The position numbers and the translations under genes were made by a program. A stretch of 64,000 nt of DNA, taken from Octopus vulgaris. Lineage: Eukaryota. Positions 1 through 12,224 of the stretch are shown one piece after another. Below the pieces are notes generated by a model that saw nothing but the letters and a program-made list of their open reading frames with translations, made no database searches and was not told the origin of the DNA. The DNA lies in assembly GCA_951406725.2 (NCBI GenBank), contig OX597835.1, forward strand, positions 37,138,001 through 37,202,000. Reading direction: 5' to 3'. Within the stretch, counting starts at the first letter, position 1; each line of letters starts with the position of its first letter.

Positions 1-58
1 GTGCTCCAGCATGGACACAATCAAATGACTGAAACAAGTAAAAGAGTAAAGAGTAAAA
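1..58 (+). mobile_element. SINE family A, 3' end
   Basis: GTGCTCCAGCATGG...CAAATGACTGAAACAAGTAAAAGAG matches the tail of the full copies at 15570 and 29203. Confidence 0.85.
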
Positions 59-69
59 AGAGATATATA

Positions 70-262
70 TAGTTGGAAGATGAAGATAGGTATGTGAACA
101 ACAAACAGGTGTATTAACAGGTGTTTAACGCTCAGGAAGGTGAGAAAGTCTTTTATGTTTTGAGCCTACGCTCTTCAACGGAAAGGAACACGAGAAAATA
201 AACAGAGAGAGAATAAAAAAAAAAGCTTTGGTGGCTAACAGTCAATCATGGTGATGGTCGGA
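70..262 (-). mobile_element. Non-autonomous PLE-like pLTR remnant with degenerate hammerhead
   Basis: Homologous to 28445-28715 and 30012-30330; flanked by TA repeats; minus strand has CTTT-CCGTTGA-A-GAGC-GTAG-GCTC-AAAAC. Confidence 0.6.
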
Positions 263-274
263 CATATATATAGA

Positions 275-988
275 CTAGCAGTATAACCCAGCTTTGCCCG
301 GGACTAAGTTAGGATTATTAAGCAAATCAAGTTCTTTATTTCAAATTAACGTCAAATTTGGGCAAAATCTGTTGAAATTGGTTTATATATATAATATAAT
401 ATAAAATAATATAATATAATATAAATATATATGGGTAACACACACACATACATGCATACGTACACCTATTGCATGTTTTTTGCACTCATACATGTTCATA
501 AACAAAAATGAAAGGAAAAAATGTTAGTAAATTTGTAGGTTAAGACTCGCATGACTTTCACTAAGAAAAAAGAAATTGGATTTTTTGCATGGAATCAACT
601 ACTCTGGCCTCCTAATATGCTACAAAACCCTTTTTGTGGTCCGAAAAACAGGGTGGGGTGTGGTGGAAGCCTCGGAAATTGTACCCATTTATATTGTGTA
701 ATTCACTGACAAATTGTTACCAACCTCTTTGTTGTTAAATAAATGGATTCTCAGCAAAACACTTTCTTCCTTAGTGAAATAAAAACAAAACTCTTCCGTG
801 CCCAAAGTAATTGTGTGTGAGAAAAACATGAACGATTTAAAATATATTTTAATTGTTGTGTGAGAAAGTATATATAATCCGATTATGAAATATAGTGTCT
901 TTCAAAAACATCCTAAATTTGAAGACTATATCTCATGTTTAAGAAAAAAACAAAACATTTTACATTTTTATTTTTGATGAATGCTGTC

Positions 989-1044
<56 letters not shown>

Positions 1045-1149
1045 CTTTGTCTTTAACTTTTTTTTGTTAGATGCTGTCAAACTCTCTCCCTCTCTCTCTT
1101 ACACATACTTTTACTTTACTTTTTTGTTAGATGCTGTCAAACACACACA

Positions 1150-1185
<36 letters not shown>

Positions 1186-1476
1186 TACACACACATACAT
1201 CAACACACAACTTCTCTCTCCCTCACACACACTTTCACTTGGATATGGCAAAAAGGGGCTTAACTCATGTTAGCAAACTTCAAAATTGGTAAAAGTTATG
1301 ATTGAAAATAGATTTTTACCGCTATCAGCGGGTGTCCCGGGAAAAAATAAGTTGACAAAACCCAGGTAGGATGGTGATGAATGTCCTCCTAAAATTGGAG
1401 TGACATGCGTGCTAATTTGTGGACATGCATAAACTACATTCGCGTACACACACATTCTGCTTTTAATATCTACAGA
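275..1476 (-). mobile_element. Non-autonomous Helitron
   Basis: Minus strand begins A|TC (TCTGTAGATATTAAAAGCAGAATG) and ends in a GC hairpin (CCCGG-GCAAAG-CTGGG) followed by CTAG|T; no TSD; internal (CT)n repeats. Confidence 0.75.
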
Positions 1477-1496
1477 TATATATTTATTTGTTTACT

Positions 1497-1857
1497 TTTA
1501 TTTACTTGTTACACAGTCATTTGACTGTGGCCATGCTGGAGCACCACCTTGAAGGGTGTTAGTCTAAGAAATCAACCCCAGGACTTGTTCTTTGTAAACC
1601 TAGTACTTATTCTATCAGTCTCTTTTGCCGAATTGCTAAGTTACAGGGACATAGACACACCAGCATCGGTTGTCAAGTGATGGCTGGAGGACAAATAGAC
1701 ACACACACAAATATATGCAAACACACACACACATGCATATATATATATGACAGGCTTCTTCTAGTTTCCAATTCAAGGCTTTGGTTGGCCTGAGGCTATA
1801 ATAGAAGACACTTACTGAAGGTGCCACACAGTGGGACTGCACCTGGAATTTGGGGGT
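1497..1857 (-). mobile_element. SINE family A (diverged)
   Basis: Reverse complement of the family A body and tail, with an internal CA/TA microsatellite. Confidence 0.8.
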
Positions 1858-1973
1858 TGGGGTATATATATATATTATGTTCCCACACACAAAACACCAC
1901 CACGTGGACTCTGTTGAAACTAGTAAGTAACAATTATGAACTTTTTTATTACACTTAACTTTTTAAAATATTC

Positions 1974-2013
1974 TTGATAAGGTTCGTTTTTTCAAGGAGA
2001 ACCGAAACATGTA
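1974..2013 (+). ncRNA. Hammerhead ribozyme motif, U3-A8 core variant (degenerate stem I)
   Basis: TTGATAA-GGTTC...GAACC-GAAAC-ATGT-A; palindromic stem III ACATGT. Confidence 0.5.
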
Positions 2014-2145
2014 AAATCTCTCAGAAAATAAAAATTTATTGTATATAGTGGCATTTTCAAACTTCTTTTTTTTATAAATATACACCCACTTGTATACACC
2101 CACCTACACTTTATATATATTTATATATGTGATGCAGCACGAAGT

Positions 2146-2196
2146 TTTGTCATTGAACAGGTCGCGGTCTCAAAGCGACGAAAATAGTTTGACAAA
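2146..2196 (+). ncRNA. Degenerate type I hammerhead motif
   Basis: Stem I TTTGTCA/TGACAAA, core TTGAACA, stem II GTCGC/GCGAC, then GAAAATAGTT. Confidence 0.5.
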
Positions 2197-2350
2197 TTAA
2201 ATTTAAATGTTGAATTGAATCTAACAGTTTTGTGTGTTTCTTAAATGGCTTATCAACACCTTCCATGCTGCAATTGTTTTCATTCCAGCACACGATATCA
2301 GATTAAGTCACTTGCTATGCAAGTACATCTCCGTAATATATATGTATATA

Positions 2351-2407
<57 letters not shown>

Positions 2408-2440
2408 ATATATATATATATATGTGTGTGTATATATATA

Positions 2441-2475
<35 letters not shown>

Positions 2476-2486
2476 TCACACACACA

Positions 2487-2704
2487 CAAGGTGGTGCTAA
2501 ACTGTTCCTGGCTGTGGGTAAAAGAAAATACAGGATGATCAGTTAATTATGTTTTTATTTAACCTATTCTCCTCTCAGATTCACACACTTATTGCAGCAG
2601 CCCTTCAGCTTTTCTAAGCCCCCGTAAAATAACTTGGAAGGTTGGGCCTCCAGCAGGCCTTTTGTGATACTCTTAAAGCCAGGAACTTTTCCAGTACCCC
2701 TCAT
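2487..2704 (-). mobile_element. Mariner-derived short element (TIRs plus transposase C-terminus)
   Basis: Imperfect TIRs ending ...GTTCCTGGCT; minus-strand peptide FYGGLEKLKGCCNKCVNLRGE resembles a mariner C-terminus. Confidence 0.65.
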
Positions 2705-2713
2705 ATACATACA

Positions 2714-2768
<55 letters not shown>

Positions 2769-3281
2769 CGAATCACTTTTAGGTCACTTGACCATTAAAC
2801 CCCCTACTACTATCATACTACCTACATTCCTTCTAATTCTCCCTTCTCTTTCTCCTTTTTCTTTGTCGTCTTCCTCTCCACCATCTCTTTCCTAACTTTA
2901 CCACTATTGCTGTTTTGAATAACACCTACAAAAATTTTATAAACAAAACATTCAAAAGAGATGTCTCAAGAATTCAATCACTACTACCATCCACAAGGGG
3001 TCACTTTCAGGGCACTTGACCATTTAACATGCTACTATTATGGCACTCCTGCATTCTTCTTCTCCTCCTTCTTCTTCTTCTCCTCCTCCTTCTTCTTCTC
3101 CTCCTCCTTCTTCTTCTCAACCAAGAATTCACAACGACCTCGAACCCACAAGAGTAAACAAGAGAGACAGAGACAGGTAGAAACAAGGAAAATGGCCCTT
3201 GTATTTGAATACTATACAAACATTCTTTAAAAAAAAACTTTTCTTTTAATTTTTCCAAAATTTAATTGTTTTCCATACTTA

Positions 3282-3315
3282 CAGTTGAAAAAGTCTCTGA
3301 CTGAAACCAGTACTG
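3282..3315 (+). ncRNA. Minimal hammerhead motif, U3-A8 core variant
   Basis: CAG-TTGAAAA-AGTC-TCT-GACT-GAAAC-CA-GTA-CTG. Confidence 0.55.
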
Positions 3316-3381
3316 AAATGTTTTTCCTAAAATTATTTTAGTATTTTCTACCTTGACTTCATTTTCCACATATATATAATA

Positions 3382-4612
3382 CTTTCCAGTAAAATTTGGG
3401 AACTCAAAACTAATAATATTAAATATGACCTAAAATGGGAAATAGTTAGAAAGGCAGTACCTTATAGAAATAATAGGGTAGGTTGTCAACTCTGTTCCAT
3501 GAAGACATATGAGATTCTAAAGCATAGAAAAAATAAAAGTCTACTGAATAACCGTATAGAGTTGGGTCTGTCCTGCATTCATTCAAAAATCAAAACTCTA
3601 AAATATTTCAAATAGATATTTGCAAGTTCTTCTACTGTTTGTTCTTTCCAACTGCATCTTTTAAAATAAACAAATAAATAGTATTTGTACTATGCTAATT
3701 TTTAATTGACTTTATAGTCAATTTATTTAACCTTACTTAAATCATATAAACTGCTAATCTGTCCTAATTCTATTCTAAATTTAAAATGTAATACTATTCC
3801 CTTAGTGATACATTTGATTTTCACCATGAATTTTGAATAAGTAAGATTCCCCAACCTTGTGCTATTGAATTTGTTTGACCTCTAGATGTTGACCTAAATT
3901 CCTTCTTACCATTTATAAACATAAGTTAAAATAAAAACAATAATAAATAAATAACCTTCTATTCTAGTGTTAACCTTAATTTTCTTACTGTATCTCCCTC
4001 TACCGACAACCTATGACCTCTTTAGTGCTTTCCTTTATTCTTCCTCCCACCATTAATTCTATGAGTTTCTTAGTTCAAAGCTAGTGTTGGTCAAACTTAC
4101 AGTTCTTTTATGAATTTAAGATTCCTTTTCTGTCACCACGGATATAGACTGACCTTTGTCGTTAGTATCTTTATTCCTTCTTACACCCCACCCCCCATTT
4201 CTTTTCTCCTGATGTCATTTGCTTTAGCCAAACCTACCCTGCTGTCTTTCTTGCTACTACTATAGAATTTTGTCTGCAACAGTTTGATGCGAACTTAACT
4301 GTGGTATGACCAGCATCTTTCCTCATGCCTCTTCGAACTTGTACCCACATTTTTATGAGTAGATTTATCTTCTGTGGGATGTCAATAATCATTTTAAAAG
4401 CTTTGTATTGTTGGAAAACATATATAGTCTGCTTGGAATCTTACTTCAGATTCATGGAACTCACTCCTATAACTTCATAAGGATATTTACACTATCTAAG
4501 AATATATGGAAAACCTATATGTGATTTAGCTGAATGAATACTTGACATTATATTTGCTGTAATATTTGCAGCTTGAAAATTAAATGTTTTTAGTATGAAA
4601 CAATTGTACTAA
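3382..4612 (+). mobile_element. Penelope-like element 3' fragment: GIY-YIG endonuclease C-terminus (3382-3615) plus 3' UTR/pLTR
   Basis: Open frame LSSKIWELK..YDLKWEIVRKAVPY..GCQLCSMKTYEI..LLNNRIELGLSCIH..* with the CxLC and CxH motifs I associate with Hydra-type PLE endonucleases; the UTR ends in an HHR-like motif (4573-4608). Confidence 0.75.
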
Positions 4613-4656
4613 TCTACCGATCCATTCTTGTTGCTCTTTTCTTGGTTATATTTATG

Positions 4657-4701
<45 letters not shown>

Positions 4702-4723
4702 GCGAGAGAGCAAAAGTGTACTA

Positions 4724-4769
<46 letters not shown>

Positions 4770-4775
<6 letters not shown>

Positions 4776-4880
4776 CAACTGGGACAAGAACGCAAAACAT
4801 CCAACTAAACGATACAAAAAACACAGATGGGTCATTCGAACCCTTTAATCTTCAGTCAAGAACGGGATCATTCTCTCAAT
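4770..4880 (-). mobile_element. TA-associated short repeat (PLE pLTR-like family)
   Basis: Homologous to 19125-19325 and 62235-62545; T-rich tail abutting (TA)n. Confidence 0.55.
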
Positions 4881-4924
4881 ATATACACACACACATAAAT
4901 ATATATATGTGTGTGTATAGTCAA

Positions 4925-5200
4925 GGTATATGCTTTAGTGGTTGGGATGTTTTGATTTGATTCCTCAACTGGGCGGTGCATTGTGTTCTTCAGCAAGACA
5001 CTTCATCTCATGTTGCTCAGCAATCACTTCCACACCTGACACACGGCACACCGCGCACCTGTTCAGGTAATGCTGATTTGATGGATGGAGTTTGTGCTAA
5101 TGCACAGCACAAAAACATTTGATTACTGTAAACAAATCATGTCTGCTGGTTGATCAGCAAGAATTTGCAGAACCATTATCTATGACAGGTGAATCCATGA
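4925..5200 (+). mobile_element. SINE family B (diverged)
   Basis: TAGTGGTT A-box remnant; GTGTTCTTCAGCAAGACACTTCATCTCATGTTGCTC central module shared with other B copies. Confidence 0.6.
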
Positions 5201-5284
5201 TATATGTGTGTGTGTATGAGTGTGTATGAGTGTGTATGTGTGTGTATGTGTGTGTATGCATGTGCACATGTGTGTGTGTATACA

Positions 5285-5590
5285 TAGGAAGAAACTATAT
5301 TTTGTCTGTCCACATAAATCAATGAAGATACTTAATATTCTATCAGTTCACACCCAATGAAAAACACTATATATACTCTGTCTGTATATCTATGTAGACA
5401 GTATATATTATGATGTCTATTTACATATATCAATGTAGATACTTGATATTCTGTTTGTTTACAAACATTTATCAATGGAGACATATTCCATTCTGTCTGC
5501 TTCCGTATATACACCTACCGAAATACTTTCTGCTCTTTCAGTTTATTTAGATCTATAAAGCCATTATATATTCTGCCAGTTTACATTCAT
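5285..5590. repeat. Degenerate ~38-42 bp tandem repeat
   Basis: Recurrent TCAATG(A/T)AGA(C/T)AC..ATATTCTGTCTGTTTAC units; related array at 12225-12470. Confidence 0.6.
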
Positions 5591-6119
5591 ATATGCACAT
5601 ATATACATGCATATATGCATGCATACATGCAATAGTTGAGCACTTATCAGACTTTGTTGATTCATAGATCTGTCTCTTTGAAGGAAGTGGCTTACTTTGG
5701 GCACAAAAGAAATAGTCTTTACTTCTGTTTGTTCTGAGAGCATTCTGGCAAAAAAAACCCAAACATATTTATAACTTTTCTCATTATTTTCCGAATGTTT
5801 AAGCATACACATAATGATATGTGTTCAGCTGGTTAGAGCGATTTTGAAACCATTAGTAACATGGATTGACTGAATTCCATAACTGAATATTCATACATAC
5901 ATGCATATATACATAGTAGCTGCAAACTCAAAGACAAGTATGGCCATTATTGACAGATAATCTTATCTGACATACGAAAGACAATGGCTGACAGCAATGC
6001 TCATACTGAAAATTCAAAGTCAATAATAACTCTGCAACACTGCTAAGTTGCACCGACAAACCTAGGAAGTTCCGAAACAAGCATGAGTAAGATCTCCAGA
6101 TTTTTAAGGAGGCAGGTGT

Positions 6120-6633
6120 TATTTTGGAATTGAGTCAAGTACATCAACATCAAAAATCAATGGAAATTGTAGTTGTGATCCCTGTGCCGGTGGCATGTAA
6201 AAAGCACCATCCGAATGTGGCTGATGCCAGTGCAGTGCTGCCTTGACCGGCCTCCATGCCGGTGGCATGTAAAAAGCACCATCCGATCGGGGCCGTAGCC
6301 AGCCTCGCCTGGCACATAAAAAGCACCATCCGAACCTGGCCAATGCCAGCGCAGCGCTGCCTTGACTGGCTTCCGTGCCAGTGGCACGTAAAAAGCACCA
6401 ATCTGATTGTGGCTGTTGCCAGCCTCGCCTGGCACCTGTGCCAGTGGTACGTAAAAAGCACCCACTACACTCCATTCATGGAGTGGTTGGTGTTAGGAAG
6501 GGCATCCAGCTGTAGAAACTCTGCCAGATCAGATTGGAGCATGGTGCAGCCTTCTGGCTTCCTAGATCTCGGTCATACCGTCCAACCCATGCTAGCATGG
6601 AAAACGGACATTAAACAATGATGATGATGATGA
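6120..6633 (+). mobile_element. Family D: RTE-type 3'-UTR/SINE-like copy with internal ~60-bp tandem repeats
   Basis: Repeated GTGGCACGTAAAAAGCACCATCCGA units; ends ACCCATGCTAGCATGGAAAACGGAC..(GAT)n. Confidence 0.75.
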
Positions 6634-6956
6634 GAGAGATTCTAAATGAAGAATAGGGGTTTCTCACTTGCAGCTATTGAGGGGCCATTGACTCTGAATT
6701 CCCTACCCTTTGACAGAATTTGGTTTTAATCTTGCAGGATGTCCTATGGAAACAACCCTCCTTGCCAAGCAAACTTGGTAGAGTTGGTTTAGTTGCTGGT
6801 GGCTCAAGATGTATTGGGTTGTGTTACCACCAGCACTAACAGCAACCTGGCATACATACGTATATACATATGTATATAAAACCTTGAAATGCTGTGATCT
6901 AAGAAAGAGCAAAAAGAACTAATGTGCATTCTCCAAATCCGTCCATTCTATTAGTG

Positions 6957-7538
6957 TGGAGGCACATGGCCTAGTGGTTAGTGCAGCGGACTCGCGGTCG
7001 AGGGATCGCGGGTTCAAATCTCAGACCGGGCGATGTGTGTGTTTATGAGCGAAACACCTAAACTCCACGCGGCTCTGGTAGAAGGTAATGGCAAACTTCT
7101 GCTGACTCATTTGCTACAACTTTCTCTCACTCTTTCCTCCTGCATCTTGCAGCTCACCTGTGACGGACCGGAGTCCCATCCAGGTGGGGAACCTATGTCA
7201 AAGAAACTGGAAAACCGGCCCTTATGAGCCAGGCATGGCACAAGAAGGAGCAAACATATTACATTATATTTAGAATGACACTTATGTCTTACACATATCC
7301 AGGGCTTTCTACTGCCCAAGTTTCTCATCTGATCTGGGGCTATGATTAACTTTAAACCGCAAGTAGCAATGTTTGAGGAATATTTTTTTAAGGAGTTTGA
7401 CAACCTAGAAGGGGACTGTTCATGACATCACATGCGTTTTATTTACATTCATTAGGTTCCAGGTGGGGAACCTATATGCCAAGGAAACTGGAAAACTGGC
7501 CCTTATGAGCCAGGTATGGCTCGAGAAGGAACAAACAA
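6957..7538 (+). mobile_element. SINE family B (tRNA-Arg-like head), composite with a ~200-bp insert and a duplicated 3' part
   Basis: A box TGGCCTAGTGG, anticodon-like GACTCGCG, B box GGTTCAAATC; 13-bp TSD CATTCTATTAGTG at 6944-6956 and 7539-7551. Confidence 0.85.
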
Positions 7539-7658
7539 CATTCTATTAGTGGCACAGTGAAACTTTTAAGTCATAGTCATACCAAATATTCTCCATCTGA
7601 GATTTTTTAAATGAATAAATTCACACATTAGGTTGTAAAAAAAAATAGGAAAAAAAAA

Positions 7659-7980
7659 CTGGCACTTTGTCAGTTATGATGAGGGTTCCAGTTGATCTGT
7701 TCAATGGAACAGCTTGTTCATGAAATTAATGTGCAAGTGGCTGAGTACTCCACAGACCCATGAACCCTTAACGTAGTTCACAGGGAACTTCAGTGTGACA
7801 CAGAAAGTGACAAGGTTAGCCCATTTTGAAATACAGGTACTTCTCACTTTTGCTAGCTGAGTAAACTGGAGCAATGTGAAATAAAGTGTCTTGCTCAAGA
7901 ACACAATGCATCGCCAGGAATTGAACTCACAACCTTATGACTGCGAGCCGAATGACCTAACCAATAAGCCATGTGCCAAC
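7659..7980 (-). mobile_element. SINE family B
   Basis: tRNA-like head at the right end; tail shared with 47082-47466. Confidence 0.75.
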
Positions 7981-8443
7981 ACATTTGGTTGTGTGCATCT
8001 GCAATAACATGGTTATAAGAAGTAATGGTGCACACACACACACACACGCACGCAGATGTCTATAGATTTCTAGACCAATTCATCTTTGTGCAACTGTTGG
8101 ATAATTTGTCTATTGATCATCTTAACAATCTTACTTATTGGCGTGAGTGCCAGTATTGCTTTTTCTCAGAGGAATTTGTGATTGTGGCCATTTGCAGCCA
8201 AAGCTGAATGGAGTGAAAAACTTTTTTGTTGAGTTAACCAATGGCTGATGTCAATTTGTTAATATCAACCACAGAGATATTTCTATTTTGGTTAGGTACA
8301 CAAACTCTTCTGAGTTTTAAAAGTTTCATAACGATATCAACTGAGTGTTGGTCAAGTTAACCCTCTCAGATCAGGGCCTCTGTGTTGAACTTTACCCTCT
8401 ACCTAGGTTCTTGAGCAAAAAGATAAATAGTTGCATGCATATA

Positions 8444-8955
8444 AAATAAATAAATGCGCCCTTTTAAAGCTTAGCCAGGCTCATGTGCCTGGTTTACCGG
8501 TTTCTATGGCATATGTGTTCCTAGCTGGATGGACACCAGTCCATCGCAGCGTTACTCAATTTTGCCAGCTGATTGGACTGGAGAAACATGAAATGAAGTG
8601 CTTTGCTCAAGAACACAACGTGTTGCCCGGTCCAGGAATCGAAACCACAATCTTACGATCATGGTACTGACACCCTAACCACTAAGCCACGCGCCTCCAC
8701 TAAAAATGTTCCTTCTCGAGCCATGCCAGGCTCATAAGGGCCGGTTTCCTGGTTTCAGTGGCGTAGAAATTCCCCCACCTGGACAGGATGCTAGTCCGTC
8801 GCAGGATTACTCATTTTTGCCAACTGAGTGGATTGGAGCAACGTGAAATGAAGTGTTTTGCTCAAGAACACAACGCATCGCCCGGTCCAGGAATCGAAAC
8901 CACAACCTTACGATCATGAGTTCAACACCCTAACCACTAAGCCACGCACCTCCAC
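8444..8955 (-). mobile_element. Tandem dimer of SINE family B
   Basis: Two head-to-tail copies (8444-8700, 8706-8955) within a 12-bp TSD TGCATGCATATA (8432-8443, 8956-8967). Confidence 0.85.
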
Positions 8956-9109
8956 TGCATGCATATAGCTCAAGGGTAATGGTTGCAGGTAAACTAATAG
9001 ACAGAATTACAAACAAATTCAGGAGAATAACAATAATAGGCCTATCTCTCAGCCACCACATTTGTTCTCCGGAATTGTTACTTTCTTCACCACTTTCACC
9101 GAATCACTC

Positions 9110-9540
9110 TCATTACTCTTTACTTTCTTTTTACTCTTTTACTTGTTTCAGTCATTTGACTGCGGCCATGCTGTAGCACCGCCTTTAGTCGAGCAAATCG
9201 ACCCCGGGACTTATTCTTTGTAAGCCCAGTACTTATTCTATCGGTCTCTTTTGCTAAACCGCTAAGTGACGGGGACGTAAACACACCAGCATCGGTTGTC
9301 AAGCAATGCTAGGGGGACAAACACAGACACACAAACATATACACACACATACATATACATATATATACATATATACGACAGGCTTCTTTCAATTTCCGTC
9401 TACCAAATCCACTCACAAGGCATTGGTCGGCCCAAGGCTATAGCAGAAGACACTTGCCCAAGATGCCACGCAGTGGGACTGAACCCGGAACCATGTGGTT
9501 GGTAAGCAAGCTACTTACCACACAGCCACTCCTGCGCCTA
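9110..9540 (-). mobile_element. SINE family A, full length
   Basis: Head GGAGTGGCTGTGTGG (A box) and GGTTCAGTCCC (B box), central microsatellite, tail TGACTGAAACAAGTAAAAGAG. Confidence 0.9.
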
Positions 9541-10860
9541 TGCCAGCATATAATTACCAGTGTCATTTCCTTGTTTAAAAATGGTGATCACACATCACCT
9601 GACAACCACCTTCCAGTCTATCTTACTAGCTGCATCACCAAATTGATGAAATCCTGTATCAGAGAAACATTCTGCAACTTCTGGAGTTCTCACAGCCTTA
9701 TTCAATCCTCACAATTTGGATTTATCCGCAACTCCAGCTGCTGTAACCAACTGATGGACTTTCATGAGGACATCATCTGAATAATTAATCATGGCTAATG
9801 GGTGGATGTTATCTATCTTGGCTTTGTTAAAGTCTTTAATTCTGTGCCACACAAACAACTCACAACAAAATTCGTTGCAATGGGTGTGAAAGATGATCTC
9901 TATAACTGGTTAAAGTCTTTCATTCTCGGTTGAAAAGCAGTAGTCATGGTTGGATCTAGGACATCATTTTTCATCCTCTGAGATGGCATCTGGTGTACCA
10001 CAGATGGTAGTTGCATATATTAATGACATAGATGCCAATTTAAAGAATGTTACAGTGTTGAAATATGCAGACAACATCAAGAAAAACTTTGAGATAAAAA
10101 GAACGGATACTATACACTCTAGATCTTTCCTGCAATTAGACTTTGGACACAATGTAGGAATTGGTTACCGACTGGCAACTCAAGCTGGCTGTGGACAAGG
10201 GCATCACCGTGCACTTTGGGAGGAAAAACTCAGCTTTTACATACTCCCTCAACAACACCAATCTTAAGAAGTCTGCAAGTGAACGTGACCTGGGTATTAT
10301 TGTCAACAGCGATCTGTGTTGGACAAACCACATCTCTAAGATTGTCAAGAAGGCTGAGGGTGTCCTAGAATTGCTCAGTAAGATCTTTGTCAGCCACACT
10401 CCAGCTACCTATTGAAAACTTTATATGACTATGGTGCATCCACACATAGAGTTTGCATCACTAATCAGGAACTCCTGTCTTGCTCAGCTTATCAATCTTT
10501 TGGAAACTCTTCAGAAACATGCAACCGAATGAATACCCACCATCAGACATCTACCATACTCTGAACGTCTTGCTTTCCTGGGTGTGGACACATTGAAGCT
10601 TAGACATCAAGCAACTGGCTTGGTAGACACCTACAAGATTATCCACCATTTTCCCAACAACAACCTTGGGCACCTTTTTGAATTCTGTATGTCATACACA
10701 CATGGACATGCTTACAAAATAAAAGCACCCATGACTTTTAGATACATTTTTCCACATTCAGAATTGCTGAAGCATGGAATAAACTACCTGAATCAGTTGT
10801 TAGCTGTCGAGACACTACATCCTTCAAAACTTCCATGCTTCTTGAAATTTACCTACAGTA
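9541..10860 (+). mobile_element. Decayed CR1-group LINE reverse transcriptase (ORF2) fragment
   Basis: LFKNGD..PDNHLPVYLTSCITKLM..QFGFIRNSSC; SGVPQ..YINDID..KYAD; WQLKLAVDK..ERDLGIIVNSDL; many stops and frameshifts. Confidence 0.9.
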
Positions 10861-10946
10861 CACCTGATGACCCCACCCACGTTTCTTCTTCCTTTTTTTC
10901 TAAAGACTTTTTCACTGTTTACTTCGTGTGATTATTCTATGCTTTG

Positions 10947-11158
10947 TTAACCCTTTTGATGCCAACCCGACTGAAACCAGCTCTGGCACTGAGTATAAAT
11001 GTCTTGTTTTCATAAGTTTTGAATTAAAATCTTCCACCAAACCTTAGCCACAGTTTATGTTCCTAACACTAGCTGAATGATAACTAAATTATTTTACTAA
11101 ATTCTTTGTTATATTTAAAGTAATAGAGAGAAACACAGAGCAGTAACAAAAGGGTTAA
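10947..11158. mobile_element. piggyBac-type MITE
   Basis: TTAA-CCCTTTTG...CAAAAGGG-TTAA; second copy at 15377-16008. Confidence 0.8.
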
Positions 11159-11189
11159 TGTAGTTTTGGTTACTTTGTCTGATGAGCTG

Positions 11190-11700
11190 TAGGCACAGGC
11201 ATGGCTGTGTGGTAAGACGTGTACTTCCTAACTACATAGTCTGGGTTCAGTCCCACTGCATCACACCCTGGGCAAGTGTCTTTTACTATACCCTCAGGTC
11301 AACCAAAGCTTTGTGAGTGAGTGGATTTGGTTGACAGAAACTGAAAGAAGCTTGTCAAATATGTGTGTGTATATGTGTATATGTATGTATATATGTATGT
11401 ATGTATGTGTGTATGTATGTATGTATGTATGTATGTATGTGTGTGTGTGTGTGTGTGTATGTGTGTATATCTATTTGTGTGTCTTTGTGTCTGTGTTTGT
11501 CCTCTCGCCATCGATTGACAACTGATGTTGGTGTGGTTATGTCCCTGTAACTTAGCAGTTTGGAAGAAGGTACTGATAGAATAAGTACTGGGCTTACAAA
11601 GAATAAGTCTTGCGGTTGATTTCTTTGGTTAAAACCCTTTAAGGTGGTGCTCCAGCATGGCCGCAGTCAAATGACTGAAACTTGTAAAAGAAAATAAAAG
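11190..11700 (+). mobile_element. SINE family A
   Basis: Full head, body and tail with an expanded internal (TATG)n/(TG)n. Confidence 0.85.
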
Positions 11701-11709
11701 ATATATATA

Positions 11710-12072
11710 TTCTTTTACTTATTTCAGTCATTTGACTGCGGCCATGCTGGAGCACCACCTTTTAGTCGAATAAATGGACCCCAGGACTTATTTTATTGGT
11801 CTCTTTTGCCGAAACATTAATTTACAGGTATGCAAACACACCAACATCTGTTGTCAAGTGATTGTGATATACACACACACACACACATGTATAATGTATA
11901 TATATATGATGGGATTCTTTCAGTTTCCGTCTACCAAATCCACTCACAAGGCTTTGGTCGGCCCGAGGCTATAATAGAAGACATTTGCCCAAGGTGGCAC
12001 GCAGTGGGATTGAACCCAGAACCATGTGGCTGGTAAGCAAGCTACTTACCACACAGCCACTCCTGCACCTAT
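11710..12072 (-). mobile_element. SINE family A (tail-to-tail with the previous copy)
   Basis: Reverse complement of family A. Confidence 0.85.
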
Positions 12073-12224
12073 AAAAGTCGTGTCCCTGGGTGAATTCTGC
12101 AGACATTAACGAACTTCCACCTGTAAATCCAGTGAAAGAAATATGATAACAGATGGTGGCTGAGAACCGTTGAGGAGATTTGAAAAGTGCTTTATAAGGT
12201 TTATTACTCAGATGGCATCAAATA

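Noticed and set aside
6957-7030. tRNA-Arg gene
   Set aside because: It is a SINE head: followed by the SINE body, bounded by a TSD, with no proper acceptor stem.
12070-12135. Minus-strand acceptor TTTACAG|GTGGAAGT with frame GGSSLMSAEFTQGHDFY
   Set aside because: Runs into a SINE with only a weak donor; no recognisable homology.
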